A stretch of 64,000 bases of DNA from the sequence record PZ583741.1; one strand, written 5' to 3'. This document shows, piece by piece, positions 32,968-42,290 of this stretch. The notes under the pieces are model-generated. The model did no database searches. It was not told the DNA's origin and worked only from the letters and a program-made list of their open reading frames with translations. Made by a program: the position numbers and the translations under genes. The stretch is from a phage. How positions within the stretch are numbered: position 1 is the first letter of the stretch; every line of letters begins with the position of its first letter.

Positions 32968-34876
32968 TATTCTCTCCTGTAAAATCTTTTCTGTGGATTA
33001 TGTCGCGACCTTTATCATTAATACGATGCGTGATGCGTTTTGGCGCTTTAATCAATCCCGCATACATCATGAACTGCTTGGCGTTCTGGCATTTCAGGAT
33101 TTTTCCAGCCATTGACTTATCATCAAGGTGAGGAAATACTGCCTTTGCCTTGAACATATTTTTCATGTGAGTTGCGCCGCCATAAGGGTAGAAAACTTCG
33201 TTAGCCCAGCCTTCTTTGCCATCACAACGATTAATCCAGTAGCGATATAAAATACCATCTCCATCCTTCGTTAACTGGACTTTGAAATCCATAACATCAG
33301 CCCACTCATTATCCGTATACGCACGCTCATTCAGTGCCGCATTCGGGTCACGCAAAACATGATCACAATGCCGGCAATAGCGCGCTGTCGGGTCGTTTTT
33401 AGTACCGCATCCATCATCAAAAATACGGATTCCATGCTTATCGAAGCCGCAACGGATGTAACTGAAAAACTCCTCGCAGCGACCATCTTGCGACAATGCA
33501 TCTTTGCCAATGCAGCGGCGCGCAGATGGGCTGTTCATTGTTCCGCATTTCGGACACGGAACTTGTTCGCCGCTGCGTTTTGAACGTTGCGCTTCAGCCT
33601 CTTCCAGAATAGGGTCTTCATACAGCTGACCAAGCTCAAACATCGTTCCTGAGAAATCAAGAACCAGATGGTCTTCTTTATGATACCCGGCATCAATTTG
33701 CTCTTTCTTCAGCAGGCGCATTCCGCGACCAAGCAGCTGAACAAGAAGAGTGAGTGACATTATTTTTCGTAATATGCAGCTCGTATCCCATAACGGTATA
33801 TTTACGCCAGTGGTAAGGGCTGCTATCTGGAATGTGAATTTTTTACGCCCGGTGTATGCATCTTTTAGAGCCTTCCTTCTGGCTTTTGACCCAATATCTT
33901 CTGTAACTATTGAATAACTTCCTTCAGGCAAATATTTTGCCGCCTCCTGGCAATGCTTTTTACCAGCACATGTAATTAGCACTCCGTTCCTGTTTTTAGT
34001 CAACTCCATAACCTTGAGCATGATTTTCTGCGTCAACGTACCTTGCTCAAGAATTTCTTTCTGCATCTGCTTGAGCTGCTCGGCGGTAAAGTCCTGAGTG
34101 CCATCAACATCTGAACCATGAAAATCCGAAAGGTCATAATGCAGACTATCAACATCATGAAGACCAAAAATTGTTGGCACAAGAAAACCGTTTTCAACCA
34201 TGTACTTGGTGTCTATGTTGATAATCTCTTTCTTCCAGAAAGCGCCTTTTATTGATGTAGTTCCGCGAAACGGTGAGCCTGTATAACCTATTATTCTTAA
34301 CTCATGGCCGTGCTTATCTTTGCACCTTTTCATTAGCTCATTAATTATCACTGCATACTGCGTATCACCATCATTAACAACGTCAATGTCATTAACCATA
34401 TGATTTTCATCGATCAGCAGAAATCTTGGGCAAAAGTCAGAAAGCGCGCCTTTTGCAATAACATTCCCTGACTCATCCTTTTTGTCAAACAAAGCATTTG
34501 CAACAGTACCCTCAGAGCCACAGATTATTGGGTACGTAGAACTTTTCCTACCCAACGAAGCACTGAATAGTGAGTTTCTAACACCAAGCGCCCATAGCTC
34601 TTCCGCATCTTGCTCCACTATTTCGCCCTGTCTTGATAAAATCATCCCTGAATAGCCCATTTCCTGAAAACGCTTTGCTATCATGGCAATCATTAGTGAC
34701 TTTCCGCTACCGACGCTTGCTGTTACATAGCTCGGGCCAACATAATGACGAATAACATCGCCAGTTAACTTATATATCAACCACTGATAAGGTCTTGGCT
34801 CGATATCACCAGTATCCAAGCAGGATTTCAGCAAGTTAATGTCAATCTCTGAAATCATCTTGTCTATTTTGTGCAT
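32942..34876 (-). CDS. superfamily-2 DNA helicase with C-terminal zinc ribbons
   Basis: Walker A SVGSGKS, Walker B LLIDENH, Cys clusters. Confidence 0.75.
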   Translation of the reverse strand: MHKIDKMISEIDINLLKSCLDTGDIEPRPYQWLIYKLTGDVIRHYVGPSYVTASVGSGKSLMIAMIAKRFQEMGYSGMILSRQGEIVEQDAEELWALGVRNSLFSASLGRKSSTYPIICGSEGTVANALFDKKDESGNVIAKGALSDFCPRFLLIDENHMVNDIDVVNDGDTQYAVIINELMKRCKDKHGHELRIIGYTGSPFRGTTSIKGAFWKKEIINIDTKYMVENGFLVPTIFGLHDVDSLHYDLSDFHGSDVDGTQDFTAEQLKQMQKEILEQGTLTQKIMLKVMELTKNRNGVLITCAGKKHCQEAAKYLPEGSYSIVTEDIGSKARRKALKDAYTGRKKFTFQIAALTTGVNIPLWDTSCILRKIMSLTLLVQLLGRGMRLLKKEQIDAGYHKEDHLVLDFSGTMFELGQLYEDPILEEAEAQRSKRSGEQVPCPKCGTMNSPSARRCIGKDALSQDGRCEEFFSYIRCGFDKHGIRIFDDGCGTKNDPTARYCRHCDHVLRDPNAALNERAYTDNEWADVMDFKVQLTKDGDGILYRYWINRCDGKEGWANEVFYPYGGATHMKNMFKAKAVFPHLDDKSMAGKILKCQNAKQFMMYAGLIKAPKRITHRINDKGRDIIHRKDFTGENSEKAIQAA

Positions 34877-35397
34877 TATTTTACCCTACCAAATTCACCA
34901 TGATACTTTTTTGATGCTTCCGCATAAACTTTTGCTGCTTCTTCTTTTGTATCATATCTGCCGAGCCATATTTTTTTATTATTTACATGTATAGAGCAAG
35001 TCCATTTTTTTGTTTGCTTGCAAAAACCAACCCCCTTTACACCGGATGTGTTATGGCTTGGAATCCTCATGTTTCTTAAATTTCCATTAAAGTTTGTTTC
35101 TCTTAGATTTTCTATCCTGTTATTCAATCTATTACCATCTTTATGGTCTATTATTAACTCAGGCCAATAACCATGCACTAAAGCCCAAATTATTCTATGA
35201 ACCTTTATATCAACACCTAAAAAGCCAACCTGAAGATATCCACTTACAGTCTTAGAACCTGCAATAGCGCCACGTTTAACCCTGTTTGTTGTTGTTCTTT
35301 TCCATATGAGATTTATTCCGTCATATGAAAAATACTCCCGCAACGTGGATACTGGTATTGACTTCTCTTTTAACTTCATCAATTCGAAATCATTCAC
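34876..35397 (-). CDS. HNH homing endonuclease with AP2 domain
   Basis: HRIIWALVHG...IDHKDGNRLNNRIENLR; AP2-like C-terminus. Confidence 0.8.
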   Translation of the reverse strand: MNDFELMKLKEKSIPVSTLREYFSYDGINLIWKRTTTNRVKRGAIAGSKTVSGYLQVGFLGVDIKVHRIIWALVHGYWPELIIDHKDGNRLNNRIENLRETNFNGNLRNMRIPSHNTSGVKGVGFCKQTKKWTCSIHVNNKKIWLGRYDTKEEAAKVYAEASKKYHGEFGRVK

Positions 35398-35459
35398 TTT
35401 ACGTTACCCTCATTCAGTGTTACGCTTAAAGCATACAAACAGTAACAGATGGAGTCAAC

Positions 35460-36410
35460 ATGTTTTCTTGGGAAGAGATACAACAAAAGATGATTGGAAA
35501 TTGGGAGGCGGCACTACTGTCAATAGTCAACATAGACAGGAAAATTTTTTCTGGAAAACATCAACCATGCCCTCATTGCATGGGGGTTGACCGGTTCCGT
35601 TGGGATAATCACTTCGAAACAAAAGGCGACGGCGGAGCAATCTGCAATCAGTGCGGTTCCGGTAGTGGCATGAACTGGCTGATGAAACTCTCCGGCATGA
35701 GCTTTCCCGAAGCACTGGAGGCGCTGGGTGGATTCCTGAACATGCACCCGCGTGAAAAGCTGGAGGCAATCAGGAAGGAGCTGCCGAAGATAAATCACAA
35801 CGATGACTTCATCACAGAGCAGGAAGTCGCAGCAATCATGGCTAAAACGACGCGTGTCTCGATGAATGAGTGGACTTTGATAAACGGTATTGGTTGCGAC
35901 GTTAATGTCGCCAGAGGTAAATCTGGAGAGCTTATTGTGGTTGAGATGGTGCGTGCTGACACAATGAAGCCGTGCAACGTGGCATTCATTGGCATGGATG
36001 GTGATGCATTCAAAACATTTTATAAAGCAGGATACAACAAAGACTCAGCCATAAACGGAAAACTCACGCGAGGCTCGATAAGCCCAATCGGAGAAGACAA
36101 CGGAAAGTTCATTTATCTGGTATCTGATTATGCCGATGCATGGAAATGCCATTACTTCACTGGCGCTCATGTCTGGTGTTGCTGGTCGCCGGAAAACATG
36201 TGGGAAGTGGTGCGTTCTGTTAGCGATGAGACGAAGGCGAGATTGCGCTGCATAGTTAATTATAAATTTGACGAACTTTGCGCTGCGGAAAATTCAGGGC
36301 TTCCGGTGATGTTGCCTGATGATGCTGACACTATCAGGATGGCGAAGAGAATCAGAAGAAAGATTTATGATGCTGGCGAGTTGATAGAGAAAATGTCAGT
36401 CAGCAGATAA
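35460..36410 (+). CDS. DNA primase (P4-alpha-type zinc-ribbon primase domain)
   Basis: CPHCMGVDRFRWD...GAICNQCGSG zinc-ribbon motif. Confidence 0.65.
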   Translation: MFSWEEIQQKMIGNWEAALLSIVNIDRKIFSGKHQPCPHCMGVDRFRWDNHFETKGDGGAICNQCGSGSGMNWLMKLSGMSFPEALEALGGFLNMHPREKLEAIRKELPKINHNDDFITEQEVAAIMAKTTRVSMNEWTLINGIGCDVNVARGKSGELIVVEMVRADTMKPCNVAFIGMDGDAFKTFYKAGYNKDSAINGKLTRGSISPIGEDNGKFIYLVSDYADAWKCHYFTGAHVWCCWSPENMWEVVRSVSDETKARLRCIVNYKFDELCAAENSGLPVMLPDDADTIRMAKRIRRKIYDAGELIEKMSVSR

Positions 36411-36440
36411 AAGAAACCCTCCAATCGGAGGGTTTTTGTT
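36411..36440. terminator. bidirectional terminator
   Basis: hairpin aaaccctccaatcggagggttt plus T-tract. Confidence 0.55.
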
Positions 36441-36441
36441 A

Positions 36442-36843
36442 TCAGCGTTTCATCTTGTCAATTTCATCGTCAATAATCTTTATTATCTCTCGCTTTGCAT
36501 TCCTCCATGCATAAATGGCATCAAGCGAAGCTCTGTCTTTTGAATCACCGGTAGCTGTTGAATACAGGATTATGTCTCCCATCTTACAAAATGTATCTAT
36601 GTAAACAGCCCTAAAAAGACCATCGCCGCAACTCCAGCACAAGCAATTATTTATTTTCTTGCAATCATTACCAATGATTCCGGTGCTAAACAACTGAATC
36701 CAGCCAATAGGTTCACCAATGGAAATGTCATACTCATCACTATGACCACTAACAGAGCACTCAAGACGGAACGTTCGATATTCATGCAGATTGAGACATA
36801 ATGATCTGTAAATAAGGAATTTAGATCTTTTCTTAACGCTCAT
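36442..36843 (-). CDS. hypothetical protein
   Basis: 133-aa ORF, GAGGGGG RBS. Confidence 0.5.
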   Translation of the reverse strand: MSVKKRSKFLIYRSLCLNLHEYRTFRLECSVSGHSDEYDISIGEPIGWIQLFSTGIIGNDCKKINNCLCWSCGDGLFRAVYIDTFCKMGDIILYSTATGDSKDRASLDAIYAWRNAKREIIKIIDDEIDKMKR

Positions 36844-38435
36844 CACAACCCCCTCATAAATCTCATGCGCTTAACGGCAGCAGAAAGATAATTTCTAACC
36901 GTTGAGTTCATCCGCAGACCATCCCATGAACCATCACTGCACATCTTAATTGCTCTTGGATTATCCCTGTCCAGCATTAGTGGTGAATGTTTGTTCTCCT
37001 CAATAGCAAGAAGAACTTCATAAACAAATTTATCAGGCGTTAACGTGATGTTGTTCGAGTCAGCAGAATTGATTATCTTTTCGACTCTGTCACGGCACAG
37101 CTTGTTCTTTATAACAGACAAATAAGGCGTTTTAATGAATGCTTGTGATTCACAAATTCGCTTTATTTTTTCAACAATGTTCGACCACTCAGTATTCTCA
37201 AGTCCATCAAATGCCTGTTCACCCTCAAGGAATCTTTTCAGCCCCGCGAGGTGTTCAAGAACAGTGAGATAACCCCACTCGATATGCTCCGTCGTAACTG
37301 ATGGTGTCATTCCCTGACGACTTGACAGATCGGTATACGCCGCCAGAGTTGCAAGATCGACAATCATTAGACCCATGCGAGGGATAACATCACCAACAAC
37401 ACCATCGCAATCACCAAGCTCACTTTCCAGTTTCATAGACAGAGATCTGTGCAGTTTTTTCGCATTATCATCAGCCCATACAACGTGAGTTTTCGCGGTA
37501 AGAACCCTACCTTTCCACTCATTGATTATTTTTCTTGAAAGCGTACCACTCACTTCCACATCCTTCATCGCTGGCATTTCCTCACCAGCAAGATGTCCAA
37601 GCTGGAACAGAACGCGACCCATACCGCCATCTTTCTGCCATGAACGCGCAGCATCTATTCCCTGCTCTGGTGTGACAGTAATCAGCGGAACAAATTTTGC
37701 GTTTTCAATTCCACCGTCTTTTGTTGCAATTTCGTACTCATTCATTGCCGACTTTAGCGCGCGCCCAACGCTGTGATCCATCATCGCAAGTCGCTTATAA
37801 TCTATAACTCCTTTTCCATCATCGCCACCAGTAAGTGGCACTATCCATCCCTCAGCGCTTGCTGCCGCCATGATGCGTTTTGGGTTTTGTTCCCAAGTAA
37901 GGTTTTCAAGCAACTCCTTGATTATTGGTCTGTTAGGAACCCACACGCCGCCATCAGTGAGGCCTCTATACCACGCCATAGTACCGCCAAGATATGCATT
38001 ACGCGGGTTATTCCAGTCTTCAAGATGTTGCTTGTCATCATTCACAACGTAGAGCAAAGACCCACCTCCGGCAATCAGGTCTAACTGCATCTGTTTCGTA
38101 GATGTTGATTTAGACGCGCAAACTCTGGACCCTATTCCCAGCGCATTGGCATATGCCCTGACGAAACTCACCGGGGCACCCTTACCTGCACCAGAGCGAG
38201 CTACCAGAAATATGCCAGTATTGCAGATACTACCTGTTGGACCAATCAAGTATCGTCCAGCCATCGCCTGAGCAAGACCCAAAGCGCCAGTTAAACGATA
38301 TCTTCCACCTCCATCACGGCGCTCAAACCCCCTTGCGATCTCATCCATAAACTCACCAAGTGCCCCGGGAGCATCCCGCTTTATGCCCATAGCCAGAGAC
38401 TCAAAATCAATCGAACTCATCAATACACCATCCAT
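36843..38435 (-). CDS. P-loop NTPase, putative replication helicase/ATPase
   Basis: Walker A ARSGAGKG, Walker B-like LLYVVNDD. Confidence 0.55.
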   Translation of the reverse strand: MDGVLMSSIDFESLAMGIKRDAPGALGEFMDEIARGFERRDGGGRYRLTGALGLAQAMAGRYLIGPTGSICNTGIFLVARSGAGKGAPVSFVRAYANALGIGSRVCASKSTSTKQMQLDLIAGGGSLLYVVNDDKQHLEDWNNPRNAYLGGTMAWYRGLTDGGVWVPNRPIIKELLENLTWEQNPKRIMAAASAEGWIVPLTGGDDGKGVIDYKRLAMMDHSVGRALKSAMNEYEIATKDGGIENAKFVPLITVTPEQGIDAARSWQKDGGMGRVLFQLGHLAGEEMPAMKDVEVSGTLSRKIINEWKGRVLTAKTHVVWADDNAKKLHRSLSMKLESELGDCDGVVGDVIPRMGLMIVDLATLAAYTDLSSRQGMTPSVTTEHIEWGYLTVLEHLAGLKRFLEGEQAFDGLENTEWSNIVEKIKRICESQAFIKTPYLSVIKNKLCRDRVEKIINSADSNNITLTPDKFVYEVLLAIEENKHSPLMLDRDNPRAIKMCSDGSWDGLRMNSTVRNYLSAAVKRMRFMRGL

Positions 38436-38710
38436 ACGCGCAAGAATTTACCATGGATAACACCATGTTTCACCGTTAACACAGCACCCACCCTGTCAGC
38501 CTCAATTTTTAGCGCCCTCTGAAGTGACGCCATTGTCATCTGAAAACCTCGCTCTATGTCGTATGCGTAGCACCCATCTCTGCCACCAATCAAAATTGAA
38601 GTTGAATACCCGTTCTCAAAGTAAAACTGACACCCATCAGGAGCGGTAAGATTATTTATCACGTCGTGAGCAAGCGATGTCGTAACAGGGAATATCGGAG
38701 CGCAACTCAT
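38420..38710 (-). CDS. hypothetical protein
   Basis: ATG at 38710 with GAGGTGAG RBS. Confidence 0.45.
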   Translation of the reverse strand: MSCAPIFPVTTSLAHDVINNLTAPDGCQFYFENGYSTSILIGGRDGCYAYDIERGFQMTMASLQRALKIEADRVGAVLTVKHGVIHGKFLRVWMVY

Positions 38711-38717
38711 ACTCACC

Positions 38718-38948
38718 TCACTCAACTCGCTTAATGTGCAAAACTTCATCGAAATATGAGCACGTTCTGAATTTCATCCCAAAATCCTCACCAACCCTTC
38801 CGAGACACGCGCGAAATCTTTCAACAGAAAGCCCTTTATCTGCAATATCCTCATAAGCAATTGAATTAACCTGGCCAACATCCATATGTTTTGCAACGCG
38901 ATACACGAATTCCATCTTTGAACCATCACGATACATTTTGTTTCTCAT
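38718..38948 (-). CDS. hypothetical protein
   Basis: ATG at 38948 with GAGGTGA RBS. Confidence 0.45.
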   Translation of the reverse strand: MRNKMYRDGSKMEFVYRVAKHMDVGQVNSIAYEDIADKGLSVERFRACLGRVGEDFGMKFRTCSYFDEVLHIKRVE

Positions 38949-39126
38949 AGTCACCTCAATCCGCATTCCAACAGTAACTATAGATAAAAAATAAAATTAA
39001 CGCAACGCAAAACAGGTCTAACCAGCAACAACAGCTACCACACTTAACAACTAGTCTGACCACCATCTCGTATCAGATATATGTGGATGGTGCCCGTCGT
39101 TTAATTTGTGCTCGATTTTTACCTAA

Positions 39127-39470
39127 TTTACCGTATATTTATTGGTCAGTTTTTGCATAACTAATTGATTTATATGATTTACCGGTTTTACCGGAACTCT
39201 AAGGAGTATTTTCATCATTGAGAGTAGTAGTATATTAATTGGTCTAATTTTTAAATAACTCTAATAAAATCAATATATTAATATAAGAAAGTAACTTGCT
39301 TACTTATATAGGATTTACCGGGTAAAACCGGTAACTCCTCCGCATCCCGCGTCATTACTGGATTGATTTTTACCACCTGTAGGTAAATACAGTAGTTTTT
39401 AAGTCAGGATTGTTTTTGTAAGATGTTGATTACCGGTACTTTATTTGAAAAACCGGGATTTACCGGGTTT
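39127..39470. repeat. iteron-like array: at least 8 copies of TTTACCGG in direct and inverted orientation inside a ~640 bp AT-rich ORF-free region (candidate replication origin or genome terminus)
   Basis: copies near 39127, 39178, 39187, 39314, 39322(inv), 39430(palindromic TACCGGTA), 39452(inv), 39460. Confidence 0.55.
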
Positions 39471-39544
39471 TTGTTGTGTGATTAATAATTGCGCAATTGG
39501 TCATGTTTCAACAGAACACACTGATGCGACATCTGAAAATCATA

Positions 39545-39574
39545 TTGACGTAGAATTACAACTGATGTAGATTG
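39545..39574. promoter_or_regulatory. early promoter/operator with motif copies TTGACGTAGAAT and TGATGTAGATTG
   Basis: A-module motif at strand-switch region. Confidence 0.35.
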
Positions 39575-39603
39575 AACTCATCGAAACAAACGAGGGTGAA
39601 GAG

Positions 39604-39789
39604 ATGAAAGAAGAAAGCACGTACAGCATTGACCAGATGAAGTTATTCAGCGATATATGCATGGCATTGTCACAACAGGTTCCAAGCCTGCCTGCTGATA
39701 TGCGCTCAAATGCCATCATTGATGCGGCAAACATGATTTGCGAGGCATATGCGATGACTGAAGATGAATATAAGGATTCGAAGAAATGA
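39604..39789 (+). CDS. small acidic early protein
   Basis: 61 aa, GAGGGTGAAG RBS. Confidence 0.5.
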   Translation: MKEESTYSIDQMKLFSDICMALSQQVPSLPADMRSNAIIDAANMICEAYAMTEDEYKDSKK

Positions 39790-40188
39790 CAGGCGCAGCA
39801 TTCGAGCTTATCGCCAGTCTGGTTATCGCGGCATTCATTATCATCGCAGTGGCAGTTTATAAATCAGGATATAAGGAGTGACAGAATGAGCAGCTGGCAT
39901 AATGAACACATCATGCAATGGTATCGTCGCCGCATTAAGACAATCATTAACTCTCACGAGGTGCAATAAATGGCAAAGACTATCTATCGTCGCGAGAAGC
40001 TGGAATAAGAACTCGGTCACGTTGGCGCGCAGAACTTCATGAGCAAGCAGGCACGCAATGCAATGGAATCTATCCGCGTAAATCGCGTTGTGCGCGTGTT
40101 CAATGGCGAGGGTAAACGAAGAGTAATGGATGAGCTGATTATCGTATTTTGACCTCGATTCAGCGCTCTTATTTTTAATGGTGATGAT

Positions 40189-40422
40189 ATGGCAAAAGTA
40201 AAAACATATGAGTTCTGGTTTGTGCAGAACAAAATTCATGCAAGCAAGATAATCAAGCGAGCGCACTGGTGGAATAAGTGGCTAATCCTGTCAGGATGCA
40301 TTGTGCTGGCAAAGTGCAAATTCAAAGCGATTGACATCACAGATGAGGATTCACTCAAAATCGCAAAGATTGAGTTTGAAGAAGATGGCTATTACGAAGA
40401 AATTATGGGGGTTAGGGTATGA
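40189..40422 (+). CDS. hypothetical early protein
   Basis: 77-aa ORF. Confidence 0.45.
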   Translation: MAKVKTYEFWFVQNKIHASKIIKRAHWWNKWLILSGCIVLAKCKFKAIDITDEDSLKIAKIEFEEDGYYEEIMGVRV

Positions 40423-40820
40423 GTGAAGTTAAAACATACGCAGTGAATTGCAATGACGCATGGCTAAACACCGAAGGTGATAACATCTCCGGGTCATACG
40501 TTAAGTACAAAGACCATCAGGAAGTGGTTGCCGCTATTGAGGCCAAGTGCGCGGCGCTAGCAGCGGAGAATGCGGCGCTTAAACAGTCGGAGAAGGAATT
40601 TAATAACTTCTGTCGTCAGGAGTACTACGGTTGGGAGGACAACTTCACGGAAACCCCAGCCACCGATGATTTTCTGGTTGAAATTGAACGCAAAGCAATC
40701 CGCAAGTTCATTAACAGTATTGAACACATTCTTCGCGACAAGTTGTCACCGTATGACACAGAAGAGATGCTTGAGGATATGCGTATTTTCCTGGAAGAGC
40801 AGAGTGGTGAGCAAAAATGA
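40419..40820 (+). CDS. hypothetical early protein
   Basis: 133-aa ORF, overlapping stop/start. Confidence 0.5.
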   Translation: MSEVKTYAVNCNDAWLNTEGDNISGSYVKYKDHQEVVAAIEAKCAALAAENAALKQSEKEFNNFCRQEYYGWEDNFTETPATDDFLVEIERKAIRKFINSIEHILRDKLSPYDTEEMLEDMRIFLEEQSGEQK

Positions 40821-41119
40821 CAATCACAAAACAACGTGTAGAAGAAATAATATCGCGCATTGAAATGTATGGGCATGGTGCCGGGTATACCGCAGAAGAG
40901 GTTTATGACCTTGCTATACTGGCGCTGAATTTATCAAATATCGCAAACCTGAAGCGATACGAACTTGATATGGATGGTTGCGACTCGTGCGGTCAGGATT
41001 GTGGCGCTGACATGAGCGAAGACCCTGAAGGCGAATTTGTCATGTTCGACGATGTTGTCAAGATGGTTCAGTTCGACACTACCAACCTGCAATTCGAAAG
41101 CCTGGCTAAAAGTGAATAG
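40817..41119 (+). CDS. hypothetical early protein
   Basis: 100-aa ORF. Confidence 0.5.
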   Translation: MTITKQRVEEIISRIEMYGHGAGYTAEEVYDLAILALNLSNIANLKRYELDMDGCDSCGQDCGADMSEDPEGEFVMFDDVVKMVQFDTTNLQFESLAKSE

Positions 41120-41182
41120 CTACCCGTTCATATTAATTATCAGTGCGCTCTATGTGTCGCACGCTTTAGTGGAGGCATACCA

Positions 41183-41290
41183 ATGAACAACCACAAACGA
41201 CGCCGATACACCACTGGCGCTAAAATCTTCCTTGCTGTTTATGTGCTGGCACTTGTAGCAGCTGTTGCAGGAGTTGTGCATTATGTTTAA
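41183..41290 (+). CDS. small membrane peptide (35 aa)
   Basis: strong GGAGG RBS; basic N-terminus then TM helix. Confidence 0.35.
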   Translation: MNNHKRRRYTTGAKIFLAVYVLALVAAVAGVVHYV

Positions 41291-41462
41291 CGATATCAGT
41301 GACGCAATGCAAAACATGTGGGAACGCTACTGGGACGGTATGATGACGTGTCATTACATGATGGTGCAGCTCGGCAATCGCATTGAGGTTGTACCTGACA
41401 ATGGTGTGCATGACATCAAGTACATGTGCTCTACGAGGGATTATGCTAATGCAAACAACTAA
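41283..41462 (+). CDS. hypothetical protein
   Basis: ATG at 41283 in ORF 41265..41462. Confidence 0.4.
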   Translation: MFNDISDAMQNMWERYWDGMMTCHYMMVQLGNRIEVVPDNGVHDIKYMCSTRDYANANN

Positions 41463-41622
41463 AGCCAAGGTTTGGCAACTCGCCAAGCAGCACGAATTGG
41501 ACGATTTTATAGCGAAGGTTGCCAAAACATTCCCAGATGCGCTTGAAATCGTTCATGTGCAGACGCAAACAGAAAATGCATGGTGCTATGCTGGCAAGCG
41601 TGGTAATGATAGTGTACAATAA
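41443..41622 (+). CDS. hypothetical protein
   Basis: internal ATG of ORF 41383..41622. Confidence 0.35.
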   Translation: MLMQTTKAKVWQLAKQHELDDFIAKVAKTFPDALEIVHVQTQTENAWCYAGKRGNDSVQ

Positions 41623-41665
41623 ACGCATAACCACCATTGCTTTCACTCATATCATCACCCAACCT

Positions 41666-41695
41666 TTGACCCGCCTTGTGCGGGTTCTTTTTTGT
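41666..41695 (+). terminator. rho-independent terminator
   Basis: hairpin gacccgccttgtgcgggtt plus T-run. Confidence 0.55.
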
Positions 41696-41770
41696 CATTA
41701 ACAGCATGGCGTAGAATCTGTTACAATATCGAATAACGGGAAAAAAGCGGAATATTGATAGGGTTTATAT

Positions 41771-42187
41771 ATGGCTAAAAAGCTATTCAGTAAAGAAAAT
41801 CAACCACAAAATAAACGTGGGAAAGACAAGCGTAAGTTGCTCGTTGAAGCTCTTGAGAGAAAGGGGTTTAGTGAGGAAAAGCTCTATGACGCCATCGTTG
41901 AGATGGCGATGATTGAGCGTGATACTGCAATGATGAAAGAGCTTATCGTTCGATTCAGTCCGTTACCTAAGCCTGTCGCCCCTGTTTTTGAAGTTGATTT
42001 CCCTGATGACGGAACTCCGGTAGAGAAGATTGATGCTGTTATTCGTGGCATAGCTGCTGGTGTTATACCTGTGGACATTGGAAAGACATTTGCGGAGGTT
42101 ATCAGGACTGGGCTTGATATTGCTGAAGTTACCGAACTCGCCGCGCGCCTTGAGCGACTGGAGAAATTACTGGCGCAGCAACAGTAA
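41771..42187 (+). CDS. putative terminase small subunit
   Basis: 138 aa, immediately upstream of large terminase; coiled-coil C-terminus. Confidence 0.45.
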   Translation: MAKKLFSKENQPQNKRGKDKRKLLVEALERKGFSEEKLYDAIVEMAMIERDTAMMKELIVRFSPLPKPVAPVFEVDFPDDGTPVEKIDAVIRGIAAGVIPVDIGKTFAEVIRTGLDIAEVTELAARLERLEKLLAQQQ

Positions 42188-42206
42188 CTGATTTATAATA
42201 ATTAAT

Positions 42207-42290
42207 GCGGCTAGGGGGCACCCGAAAAGCGACTCATCACCGCCTGCCGCATTCACTTCAATGATGCCCTGATGAGGAATCTATATATGG
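42207..42290 (+). promoter_or_regulatory. conserved 5' leader element, copy 2 (same hairpin/SD arrangement as 4280..4370)
   Basis: aligned by eye to copy 1. Confidence 0.5.

Noticed and set aside
38966-39600. Protein-coding gene in the AT-rich region
   Set aside because: No ORF of meaningful length on either strand; repeats and AT-richness fit a cis-acting site.
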